DNA of 24,000 nt, from positions 23,839-47,838 of the forward strand of contig JAKPHF010000027.1 of NCBI GenBank assembly GCA_029550525.1, written 5' to 3'. The stretch is from Planctomycetota bacterium. GTDB taxonomy: Bacteria > Planctomycetota > Phycisphaerae > UBA1845 > PWPN01. Shown here piece after piece: positions 7,061-14,578 of the stretch. The notes beneath the pieces are model-generated. The model was not told the DNA's origin. It worked only from the letters and a program-made list of their open reading frames with translations, and did no database searches. Positions within the stretch are counted from its first letter, which is position 1. Each line of letters starts with the position of its first letter. The translations under genes and the position numbers were made by a program.

Positions 7061-9082
7061 ATGAACGAGCTCCGCTCATATGCGTTTCTCGCCGATGAGG
7101 CGGCAGTTGGTACGGTCGAGCGAGATCGACCGCTGGCGCCGCTGACGCGCTATCGCCTGGGGGGCCGGGCCGAGTGCCTCGTGCGCCCGCAGAATCTCGA
7201 GCAGCTCGCCGAGCTCATCAAACGCTGCCGTCGCGAGAACGTGCCGGTGCGGATCCTGGGCGGCGGGGCGAACCTGCTGGTAGACGACGACGGCGTGGAC
7301 GGCGTCGTGGTGCGGCTCGACGCGCCGTTCTTCAAGCAGGTCGAGTACTGGGAGGCCGAGGGCTCGGGCAACGGCACCCCGCAGGGACGCGGACCGGTGC
7401 GGGTGCGCGCCGGTGCCGGCGTGGACATGGCTCGGCTGACGCTCGCTTCCGTACGCCGAGGCTTGAGCGGGCTGGAGTGCATGGCCGGCATCCCCGGGAC
7501 GCTTGGCGGCTGCATCCGGATGAACGCGGGCGGCCGCTGGGGCGAAATCGGCAACGTCGTCCGCGAGGTCGTGGTCATCGATGCTGACGGTGAGCTCCGG
7601 ACGCTCGATCGCGAGCAGGTCGGCTTCAGCTATCGGCACACCCGGTTGGGCGACGCCGTCATCTGCTCGGCCACGCTCGAACTCATGCCCGGCGATCCGC
7701 AGGAGATCCAGGCTCGCTACCAGGAGATTTGGAACATCAAGCAGGCCGGTCAGCCGTTGGGTGCTCACAGTGCGGGTTGCGTGTTCAAGAACCCGCCGGG
7801 TGACAGTGCCGGCCGTCTCATCGATGCCGCCGGTCTCAAGAACCGCCAGGTGGGCGGGGCGTTGGTCTCGCCCGAGCATGCGAACTTCATCGTCGCCCGC
7901 GAGGGGGGAACGGCTGGCGACGTGCTCGACCTCATCGATCTCGTGCGGCGTACGGTTGCCGAGAAGTTCTCGGTCAATCTGGAGCTGGAGATCGAGGTAT
8001 GGCGCGGGCGCGGCAAGCGGCTGACCCCGGGTCCGCAAAGCGACCTGTCCGCCATCGAACCGTCAGCCGTCATTCCCGCCGGCAGGACGCCGGCCGCCAA
8101 CGAAACGGAGTCTTCCATGACGCGCCTTGCTCGTCAACCCGTGGCCAGGACGCCCGCGAAAGCCGAAACCCGACGGACGCTGGCCATCACCGTGCTGTCC
8201 GGTGGTCCCAGTAGTGAACGCGAGGTCAGCCTCAAGAGCGGCCGAGCCGTCGCGGCGGCGCTCGAGTCGCTCGGCCACCACGTGACGGTCTGCGACATCG
8301 CGCCCGACAAGCTCGACGCGCTGGAGATTCCGGCCGACCTGGTGTTCATCGCGCTGCACGGCGCGTTCGGCGAGGACGGGCGTGTGCAGAGTCTGCTCGA
8401 AGAACGCGGCATCCGCTACACCGGTTCGGGCGCGGCCGCTTCCGCGCTGGCCATGGACAAAGTGGCCACCAAGCGTCGATTCGTCGAAGCCGAAGTGCCC
8501 ACGCCCCAGTTCGAAGTGGTCACCGCTGCCGACATCGACCGAGTGGTGCAGACGTGGCAATTGCCGGTGGTGGCCAAGCCGATCGCCGAGGGCAGCAGTA
8601 TCGACATTCGGATCATCCGCGATGCCCAAACGCTGCGGTCCGAGCTCCAGCGGTTGACGGCTCGCTACGGCCAGTGCCTGCTCGAATCGTTCGTGGACGG
8701 ATACGAGTTGACCGTGGGCATCCTGGGCACACAGGCGTTGCCGCCCATCGAGATCCGCACCCGCCGCGAGTTCTACACTTACGAAGCCAAGTATCTCGAC
8801 GACGATACGGAGTATCGTTTCGATATCGACCTGCCGCCGGCGGTCCTGGCGGAGGTGCAGGCGCTGAGCGTTCGCGCTCACCAGGCCCTGGGGTGTCGGC
8901 ACTTCTCGCGGGTCGATTGGCTGGTGGACCGCCGGACGCATCAGCCGTACGCACTGGAGGTAAACACCATCCCCGGCTTTACCGACCACTCGCTTCTGCC
9001 CAAGGCGGCGGGTCGGGCGGGGCTGAGCTTCCCGCAGTTGTGCGAGCGCATCATCGAGCTGGCCTATGGCCAGAACGACTGA
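7061..9082 (+). CDS. murB/ddl: Single ORF encoding UDP-N-acetylenolpyruvoylglucosamine reductase (MurB, ~7061-8005), a linker (~8006-8170) and D-alanine--D-alanine ligase (Ddl, ~8171-9082)
   Basis: MurB part: VRILGGGANLLVDD, MAGIPGTLGGCIRMNAGG, SAGCVFKNPPG, SPEHANFIV. Ddl part: VLSGGPSSEREVSLKSG, FIALHGAFGEDGRVQSLLE, ASALAMDKVATK, EVNTIPGFTDHSLLPKAA. There is no in-frame stop between the two parts. I prefer the ATG at 7061; ATGs at 6989 and 7022 are alternatives. Confidence 0.85.
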   Translation: MNELRSYAFLADEAAVGTVERDRPLAPLTRYRLGGRAECLVRPQNLEQLAELIKRCRRENVPVRILGGGANLLVDDDGVDGVVVRLDAPFFKQVEYWEAEGSGNGTPQGRGPVRVRAGAGVDMARLTLASVRRGLSGLECMAGIPGTLGGCIRMNAGGRWGEIGNVVREVVVIDADGELRTLDREQVGFSYRHTRLGDAVICSATLELMPGDPQEIQARYQEIWNIKQAGQPLGAHSAGCVFKNPPGDSAGRLIDAAGLKNRQVGGALVSPEHANFIVAREGGTAGDVLDLIDLVRRTVAEKFSVNLELEIEVWRGRGKRLTPGPQSDLSAIEPSAVIPAGRTPAANETESSMTRLARQPVARTPAKAETRRTLAITVLSGGPSSEREVSLKSGRAVAAALESLGHHVTVCDIAPDKLDALEIPADLVFIALHGAFGEDGRVQSLLEERGIRYTGSGAAASALAMDKVATKRRFVEAEVPTPQFEVVTAADIDRVVQTWQLPVVAKPIAEGSSIDIRIIRDAQTLRSELQRLTARYGQCLLESFVDGYELTVGILGTQALPPIEIRTRREFYTYEAKYLDDDTEYRFDIDLPPAVLAEVQALSVRAHQALGCRHFSRVDWLVDRRTHQPYALEVNTIPGFTDHSLLPKAAGRAGLSFPQLCERIIELAYGQND

Positions 9083-9138
9083 ATCGGCTATCATGAGGGC
9101 CAGGACCTGACACGCCGCGACTCGGGCGGCGAGGTCCG

Positions 9139-10023
9139 ATGGGTGGAGAATCCTTGAGTCGCAAGGTCAAGAAAAAGCGAAAGTCCAGAGCGCAGGAACG
9201 CTCGCACGAACCGCGCCTTGCCGGATTCGGCCCGCTGTTGCCGGTGGCCGGCGTCTTGACGGTGATCGTGCTGAGCATCTGCGGCCTGGAGTGGCTGCGC
9301 GGCCAGGTGCTGTCGAATCCGAAGTACAACCCCGAGCCGAAGATTCAGCTCGAATATCTGCCCGGCTCGGAGTGGGTTCAGCAGGAAGGCTGGTTGCCTC
9401 GCATTCAGGCGTCCATCCGGCTGCCCGACAAACCCTACATGGACGACAAGCTGCTCGAAGAGGTGGCTCAGCAGGTGGCGGCCACCGGCTGGGTGCGCCG
9501 GGTGTTGCAGGTCGAGCGCGGGATGGACGGGACCATCCGCGTCTGCTGCGACTATCGCCGCCCGATCGCCATGGTGCTGACCAACCGTGGCAAGTACATC
9601 CCGGTGGACAAGGACGGTGTGCGGCTACCCGAGGAATATGAGCGAGTGGAGGCTGACTCGGGTTGGATGCGCATCCTGGGCGTGCAGACCGAGCCGCCGC
9701 CGGTCGGAGGCTCCTACGAGAAGTTCCGCGGCGAGAAATGCGACGGGGCACATGCCGTGCGACTCGCGTTTCTGCTGTTCAGCCAACCGGAGACGGGCGA
9801 CAAAATCACCGGTATCGACGTCTCGAACTGCAGCGATATCATGTTGTACACCCGCGACGGCGGGAAATTCCGGTGGGGTTCGGCTATCGGATGCGAGGTC
9901 GAGGAACCCGAGCCGGCCTATAAATTGCGGAACCTCGCGCTCACTCTCAGGACAAGCTCCCCTCAGGCCTGCGCCGACCTCACCGTTTATCGGAACGGGG
10001 TTCTGGTACACTCCGGGCCGTGA
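9139..10023 (+). CDS. ftsQ: Cell division protein FtsQ/DivIB-like (bitopic, POTRA-containing)
   Basis: Basic cytoplasmic tail (KVKKKRKSRAQER), one TM segment (FGPLLPVAGVLTVIVLSICGL), then a POTRA-like block (LLEEVAQQVAATGWVRRVLQVERGMDGTIRVCCDYRRPIAMV...YIPVDKDGVRLP). The C-terminal end (KLRNLALTL...ADLTVYRNGVLV) resembles the FtsQ beta domain. It sits in the canonical position after ddl. Confidence 0.7.
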   Translation: MGGESLSRKVKKKRKSRAQERSHEPRLAGFGPLLPVAGVLTVIVLSICGLEWLRGQVLSNPKYNPEPKIQLEYLPGSEWVQQEGWLPRIQASIRLPDKPYMDDKLLEEVAQQVAATGWVRRVLQVERGMDGTIRVCCDYRRPIAMVLTNRGKYIPVDKDGVRLPEEYERVEADSGWMRILGVQTEPPPVGGSYEKFRGEKCDGAHAVRLAFLLFSQPETGDKITGIDVSNCSDIMLYTRDGGKFRWGSAIGCEVEEPEPAYKLRNLALTLRTSSPQACADLTVYRNGVLVHSGP

Positions 10024-10078
10024 GCCCTAAAGTCCAGCGGGCGATCGCCCGAAGAAGGCAGAATTAGCCGCATCAGGC

Positions 10079-10106
10079 TTGCGTTGAATGTTAGATTAGG
10101 TAATCT
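10079..10106 (+). promoter_or_regulatory. Weak candidate promoter upstream of the membrane-protein pair
   Basis: TTGCGT (10079-10084), 16-nt spacer, TAATCT (10101-10106), inside the only AT-richer patch of the ftsQ-downstream spacer. Hexamer match only. Confidence 0.25.
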
Positions 10107-10139
10107 GGCAGTCCCGCCACACGTGGCGAGAGGTGCTGG

Positions 10140-10952
10140 ATGCTGGATTTGCGCAAAACGCTGGAGCTGTTGGGTTGGGCGCGGGAGCTGTACGCCGGCT
10201 CGACGGGGACGGCGCCGGCTTGGCTGGACTCGTTCTGGGCGGCCGCCACGGCCGTTGTTATCGGGTTCATCCTGGCGTTTTGGGGCGGCCGCGTCCTGCG
10301 CGTCGGGTTCGTTTTCGCGTTCATGGCCGTCGGAGCCATCCTGGGCAAGGAGTTCGCCAGCTCGGTCCAGGTCGATCTACTGATCGGGCTGGTAGTGGGG
10401 GCCGGCGTGGCCGGAGCCATCGGCTACGTCGTTTATCGGTGGTGCCTGGGGATGACGGTGGCGCTGGTCGCCTCGCTGATTGTGGCGGCGACGTTTAGTG
10501 CCCCGGCCCTGCTGAACGAGCGGCAGGCGTTCGAGGACTTTCGATTGGGCGTGGGAACGGGCGAGTATCTCACGACGGGGACGACGCTGTACTCCTGGGC
10601 CACCGTGCGGGACTACTTCTGGGAACAGCCGCACGGTCGAGAGGTCACGGTCAAAGTTCTCGGGCCGGTGGCTCTGACTGCCCTCGTCGGCTTCGTGCTG
10701 AGCGTGCTGGCGCCACGGTTTGCGTCGATCCTGGCGACGTCCATCCTGGGATCGGCTCTGCTTGTGACCGGCGCAGGGGTGTTGCTTGCCAGTCGCTGGC
10801 CGGACCTGTGGTTATGGGTCCAGGAGCACGGCGGCTGGGCGGGGGCAGGGGTCATCTGCATCTGGCTGTGTTCGGTGTCGTACCAAACGACACATCCCGC
10901 GCGGCCCGCACTCCAGGCGCCGCTCGTGCCCTCGCCGGCTCCGGCGAGTTGA
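10140..10952 (+). CDS. Polytopic inner-membrane protein of unknown function (possibly DUF4203 / TM7S3-TM198-like), paralog A
   Basis: 270 aa with about 6-7 hydrophobic segments and a ~50 aa soluble insert (LLNERQAFEDFRLGVGTGEYLTTGTTLYSW...). Contains the motif GGRVLRVGFVFAFMAVGAILG. SD-like gagagg lies ~6 nt before the ATG. Codon third positions are GC-rich in this frame. Confidence 0.6.
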   Translation: MLDLRKTLELLGWARELYAGSTGTAPAWLDSFWAAATAVVIGFILAFWGGRVLRVGFVFAFMAVGAILGKEFASSVQVDLLIGLVVGAGVAGAIGYVVYRWCLGMTVALVASLIVAATFSAPALLNERQAFEDFRLGVGTGEYLTTGTTLYSWATVRDYFWEQPHGREVTVKVLGPVALTALVGFVLSVLAPRFASILATSILGSALLVTGAGVLLASRWPDLWLWVQEHGGWAGAGVICIWLCSVSYQTTHPARPALQAPLVPSPAPAS

Positions 10953-11022
10953 ACCGGCCCCGGCTTGTTCGAGTGGGTCGTGGGACGCCGATCGTTGACC
11001 AGTCATTGACAGGGGGGACTCA

Positions 11023-11646
11023 ATGATCACGCTGAATGTACCGTTCATCGTCGATGAGCTGGCCCGGCAGGAGATTGTCGTCGGTGGCTTTCTATTGGCC
11101 ACCGGCCTGTTGTTCATGCTCATGGGCCTGCGCTTGTCCCGGATGCTGGTGGCCCTGAGCTACGGCGTGATCGGGTTTGTCCTGGGCTGCAGCGTGCCGG
11201 CGCCGGACGAGGCTCGTATCGCGGCGGGAATGATCACCGCCCTGGGGCTGGCGGGCGCGAGCGTGTGCGTGGTCCGGCCGGCGGTGGCCGTCCTCGCCGG
11301 ATCCTGGGCAGGATTTGTGACCTTCCTGCTGGTCAGCAGGCTGGCCGCCGTTGACGATCCTATCGCCCTGGCCGTCGGCGGCGTCGTGTTCCTTGCCGCG
11401 GCGTCCATCACGTATGTCATGCTCCAGGAGATTATCGCCCTCGTCACCAGCCTCGAAGGCACACTTCTGTTCCTGGGCGGGCTCATCATCCTGATGAATC
11501 AGAGCCCGGTGTTCTGGACACACATGCGGAATCTGCTCGTCTCGAACGCGGTTTTCGGGCCCTTCCTCGTGCTGGCCGGAACGGTGATCGGCTACTACAC
11601 GCAAGTCGCCGAGCAGCAGAAGAAGAGTGCCGGGCGATCGGGGTGA
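11023..11646 (+). CDS. Polytopic inner-membrane protein of unknown function, paralog B of 10140-10952
   Basis: 207 aa with about 6 hydrophobic segments. It has the motif GLRLSRMLVALSYGVIGFVLG, with the same R-x-x-R-x10-G-x-[IV]-L-G spacing as paralog A. A second shared block is IIALVTSLEGTLLFLGGLIIL versus SILATSILGSALLVTGAGVLL. SD-like gggggga precedes the ATG. Confidence 0.6.
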   Translation: MITLNVPFIVDELARQEIVVGGFLLATGLLFMLMGLRLSRMLVALSYGVIGFVLGCSVPAPDEARIAAGMITALGLAGASVCVVRPAVAVLAGSWAGFVTFLLVSRLAAVDDPIALAVGGVVFLAAASITYVMLQEIIALVTSLEGTLLFLGGLIILMNQSPVFWTHMRNLLVSNAVFGPFLVLAGTVIGYYTQVAEQQKKSAGRSG

Positions 11647-11907
11647 GGCGATCGTTGCTTTACGAGGCTTGTGCCGCGACGCCGACAGAAGGCGTCTCCA
11701 CTCCATAGCAAGTAGCGCGCGCGTGAATTCCCCCAAATGACGGAGCGTCTATGCGCGCCGGCCGCGTCCGTGCTAAGCTAGGGCAGTTTTGTGCCGTTTC
11801 CGCCGAATCAGCGGTCTCAGGGAGCGGGCGTTTTGCGCCCGCCTGAGGCGGACAAGATGTCCGCCCCCCGAAATGCGGCAAGAGGACGGATGCGGAGATC
11901 ATCGCCC

Positions 11908-12696
11908 ATGGAATCGCAACTTGGCGTCGTATTGGACAGCTTTCGTCAACTCCCGAGAGAGGCCTTGCAGTCGGCGGCGCAGCTCGGTTTTCGCAAGGTC
12001 GAGATGCCGGCCGTCTCCGGGCCGGTCGCTCCCACCGAACTGACCGGCACGGGCCGGCGGCACCTGTCGAAATTCGTGAGCAGCCTGGGGCTGGAACTGT
12101 CGGCCCTGGGCGGTGATCTGGGCGGTACCCGCTTCACCGATAGCTCGAAGCTCGAACAATCGCTCGAGAAGACTCGAGCCATCCTCGAAATGGCCCGCGA
12201 TTTGCGCGTTCCCGTGGTGACCACGCATTTGGGGCCGATCACCGAAGCCGATCTGCAGGAGGGCTATCTGGTGGAAGCCGTTGAACAATTGGCTGACTGG
12301 TCCGACCGCACGGGCACGTTCGTCGCGTTCGAGACCGCCGGCGCCGACCCCGCCCGCTTCGCGGATCTGCTTCGGCGCATCAACTCGCCGACGTTGGGCA
12401 TGTGCTACGATCCGGCCAGCCTGTTGATCGACGGCTTCGAACCGCTGGCCGGCATCGAGCCGGTGGCCAACACCATCCTCCTCGCCCGGGCTCGCGACGC
12501 TCTGGCCGGCTCGTCGCAGCGTCCCGGCCGCGAAGTGCCGTTGGGCGAGGGCCAGATCGACTGGCCGGAGTATCTGGCCGCTCTCGATCAGGCGGGCTAC
12601 CGTAACGTGCCATTCATTCGGCGCACAGAAGCCCGACGCCCGCTCGAAGAACTCGCCGACGCCAAGCGCAAGCTGGAGCGACTCGTCAGGGCATGA
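11908..12696 (+). CDS. Sugar phosphate isomerase/epimerase-like protein (xylose isomerase-like TIM barrel family)
   Basis: About 262 aa from the ATG at 11908 (MESQLGVVLDSFRQLP...GFRKVEMPA). Pattern typical of AP-endonuclease-2/xylose-isomerase-like TIM barrels: VVTTHLG, VAFETAG, GMCYDPASLL, EGQIDWPEYLAALDQAGY. The track start at 11791 adds an Arg-rich, unlikely extension. Confidence 0.55.
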   Translation: MESQLGVVLDSFRQLPREALQSAAQLGFRKVEMPAVSGPVAPTELTGTGRRHLSKFVSSLGLELSALGGDLGGTRFTDSSKLEQSLEKTRAILEMARDLRVPVVTTHLGPITEADLQEGYLVEAVEQLADWSDRTGTFVAFETAGADPARFADLLRRINSPTLGMCYDPASLLIDGFEPLAGIEPVANTILLARARDALAGSSQRPGREVPLGEGQIDWPEYLAALDQAGYRNVPFIRRTEARRPLEELADAKRKLERLVRA

Positions 12697-12805
12697 CCGC
12701 CGGTCAGGCAGGGATTCACCACAGGGAGAGCTATCAGCTAGTCTTGTTCTGTCTTGTTCCCCATCAGTGCCATCCGTGGTTTGACTCGCGCGAGGATGCG
12801 GCGGC

Positions 12806-14560
12806 CTATCGTGGCTCGACGAGTCGCAGTTCGACGTTCTTGCCCATGGCGGGCACCGGGATGGTTACCGTATCGGTGGTTCGAGAGGGAGCGTTCTCAT
12901 AGCGGTATGTGACCAGCGAGACGTCGTCCCAGGTAGGATCCTCGCACGCGAGCGGCTGCGTGAAGACTCGCTCGAACCTGCTGGCGTCGGCGACCAGCTC
13001 GCGCAGCATGAGCCGCGGCGGCGTGTCCCATGAGCGGTCCTCGTCCGGGGCCGGCTGATCCGGTCGCGAAGCGGTGGGCAGACGATCCTCGAGCACGATG
13101 TAACGGATGCCCAGGCGATCGAGCAATTCCACGATATCCGCCGGCGATTCCACGTGCTGTGCGTAGCTGTAACGTGTGCGGGCAGCTCGGGAGTACAGTA
13201 GCTTGCTGGCTCGCATGGGGATGAGCCGTGCTGTTCGGTCCGGCTCGCCATCGAGCCGCCGCACATCGAAGATGAACTGACCGTCGCGAACGGCATCGAT
13301 GAGCACGAGATCGGCATCGGGCCGGCCGGCCAGATAGTCGACGGTCGGGCGCATATCGACCAGGCGTTGAGCCGGCGCGACAATCGCACCGATGCCGGCC
13401 GCAAGCAGAAGTAGAATGCTCAGCACGGCGGGTATGATGGAGACAGCCCGCCGAGGCCTGGCGCCTATCAGCCGCGCGACGTCGGCGCCGAACATCAACG
13501 CCACCGCGGGCGCGGCGAAGAACAGATAGCGTTCCTCCTTGGCGCAGATGAGCGTGGAGATCAGCCACCAGCCACCCGCCCATAGCACGAGTAGAACCAG
13601 TCCTCCCGGCGGACGCGCGGGAGCAGTGTCGGATGCGGATCGGCCCGCCACCAGCCGGCCGGTCAGGGCCGCCGCCAGGCCGAGCAGCATGGGCCAGCCG
13701 AGAATGCTTGGTGTTCGTGCCAGGTACCACGTCCAGTGTTCGAGCGTCAGCAGGTGTCGCCAGGGCGGCGTGCCGGCGACCAGTTGCGGGGCCAGCGCGT
13801 TCAAGCCGGCGGTGGCTCGCCCATAGGCGAAGATGATTGCCGCGGCCAGCGCCATCGGCACGACGAACTCCACTCGGCGGATGAGCTTCCACTGTCGCAG
13901 CAAGATCACGTGAGCGACGATCACCGGCAGGACGAATGCCGCGGTCTGCTTCGTGAGGTACGCGCCCGCACAGCCGACGGCCGTCAGCAGGCCCCATCGC
14001 CAGCCGGGCGAGCGCAGGCAGCGAACGTACGCCAGCAGGGCGAGGGCGATCCAAAACGTCGCCGGCCATTCGAGCATGACTTGCCGAGACCAGCTCACAC
14101 TGGCGGGCGTGACGATCGCGGCCAATGCTCCGATGAGGCCCGCCGTCGTGCCGAACAACTCGCGGCCGAGGAGGAACAACAGCCACACCGCGCCGACAAC
14201 GAACAACAGGACGGTCAATCGGGCGGCCAGAACCGAAATGCCCAACAGCAGAAACACCACTGCTTCGACCGCCGCGAACAGCGGCGGGTAGTACACCAGG
14301 ATGCCCAGGCATTGATGCTTCAGATAGTACTGTTCGGCCCATGCCTTCCACGCGCCGCTCGGCCATTCGCGCACGAGGTCGTGGAGGAACACGCCGTCCA
14401 TGGCGTGCAGCGGCGCATCGGACCAGGAGAATCCGCCGACGTGGATGTCGCGAGCGGCAATCACGCACGTGCACAGCAGGAGCGCCGCGAGACACAAGAA
14501 CGTGGTTCGCTTGCGGGGTTCGCGAATCGCAGGAAGGACAGAGGGGTCTGACATGGCCAA
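12806..14560 (-). CDS. GT-C fold membrane glycosyltransferase (family 39/83, ArnT/PMT-like) with a C-terminal soluble domain
   Basis: 584 aa. The N-terminal ~390 aa have 10 or more TM segments, with an acidic first periplasmic loop (SWSDAPLHAMDGVFLHD) and the YYPPLF...LTKQTA pattern typical of ArnT-like enzymes. The C-terminal ~190 aa are hydrophilic. Confidence 0.7.
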   Translation of the reverse strand: MAMSDPSVLPAIREPRKRTTFLCLAALLLCTCVIAARDIHVGGFSWSDAPLHAMDGVFLHDLVREWPSGAWKAWAEQYYLKHQCLGILVYYPPLFAAVEAVVFLLLGISVLAARLTVLLFVVGAVWLLFLLGRELFGTTAGLIGALAAIVTPASVSWSRQVMLEWPATFWIALALLAYVRCLRSPGWRWGLLTAVGCAGAYLTKQTAAFVLPVIVAHVILLRQWKLIRRVEFVVPMALAAAIIFAYGRATAGLNALAPQLVAGTPPWRHLLTLEHWTWYLARTPSILGWPMLLGLAAALTGRLVAGRSASDTAPARPPGGLVLLVLWAGGWWLISTLICAKEERYLFFAAPAVALMFGADVARLIGARPRRAVSIIPAVLSILLLLAAGIGAIVAPAQRLVDMRPTVDYLAGRPDADLVLIDAVRDGQFIFDVRRLDGEPDRTARLIPMRASKLLYSRAARTRYSYAQHVESPADIVELLDRLGIRYIVLEDRLPTASRPDQPAPDEDRSWDTPPRLMLRELVADASRFERVFTQPLACEDPTWDDVSLVTYRYENAPSRTTDTVTIPVPAMGKNVELRLVEPR

Positions 14561-14578
14561 CCGTCCAAGACGCCGGAT

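Noticed and set aside
10038-10051. 14-bp perfect palindrome cgggcgatcgcccg after ftsQ as an intrinsic terminator
   Set aside because: No U-tract follows it (aagaaggc), and as RNA it gives only a ~5-bp stem. It is mentioned only as a caveat for operon continuity.
12741-12760. Tandem 10-mer gtcttgttct/gtcttgttcc in the convergent spacer between the TIM-barrel gene and the GT-C gene
   Set aside because: There are only two copies, with no associated structure or coding potential. It most likely arose by a slippage duplication and is too little to interpret.
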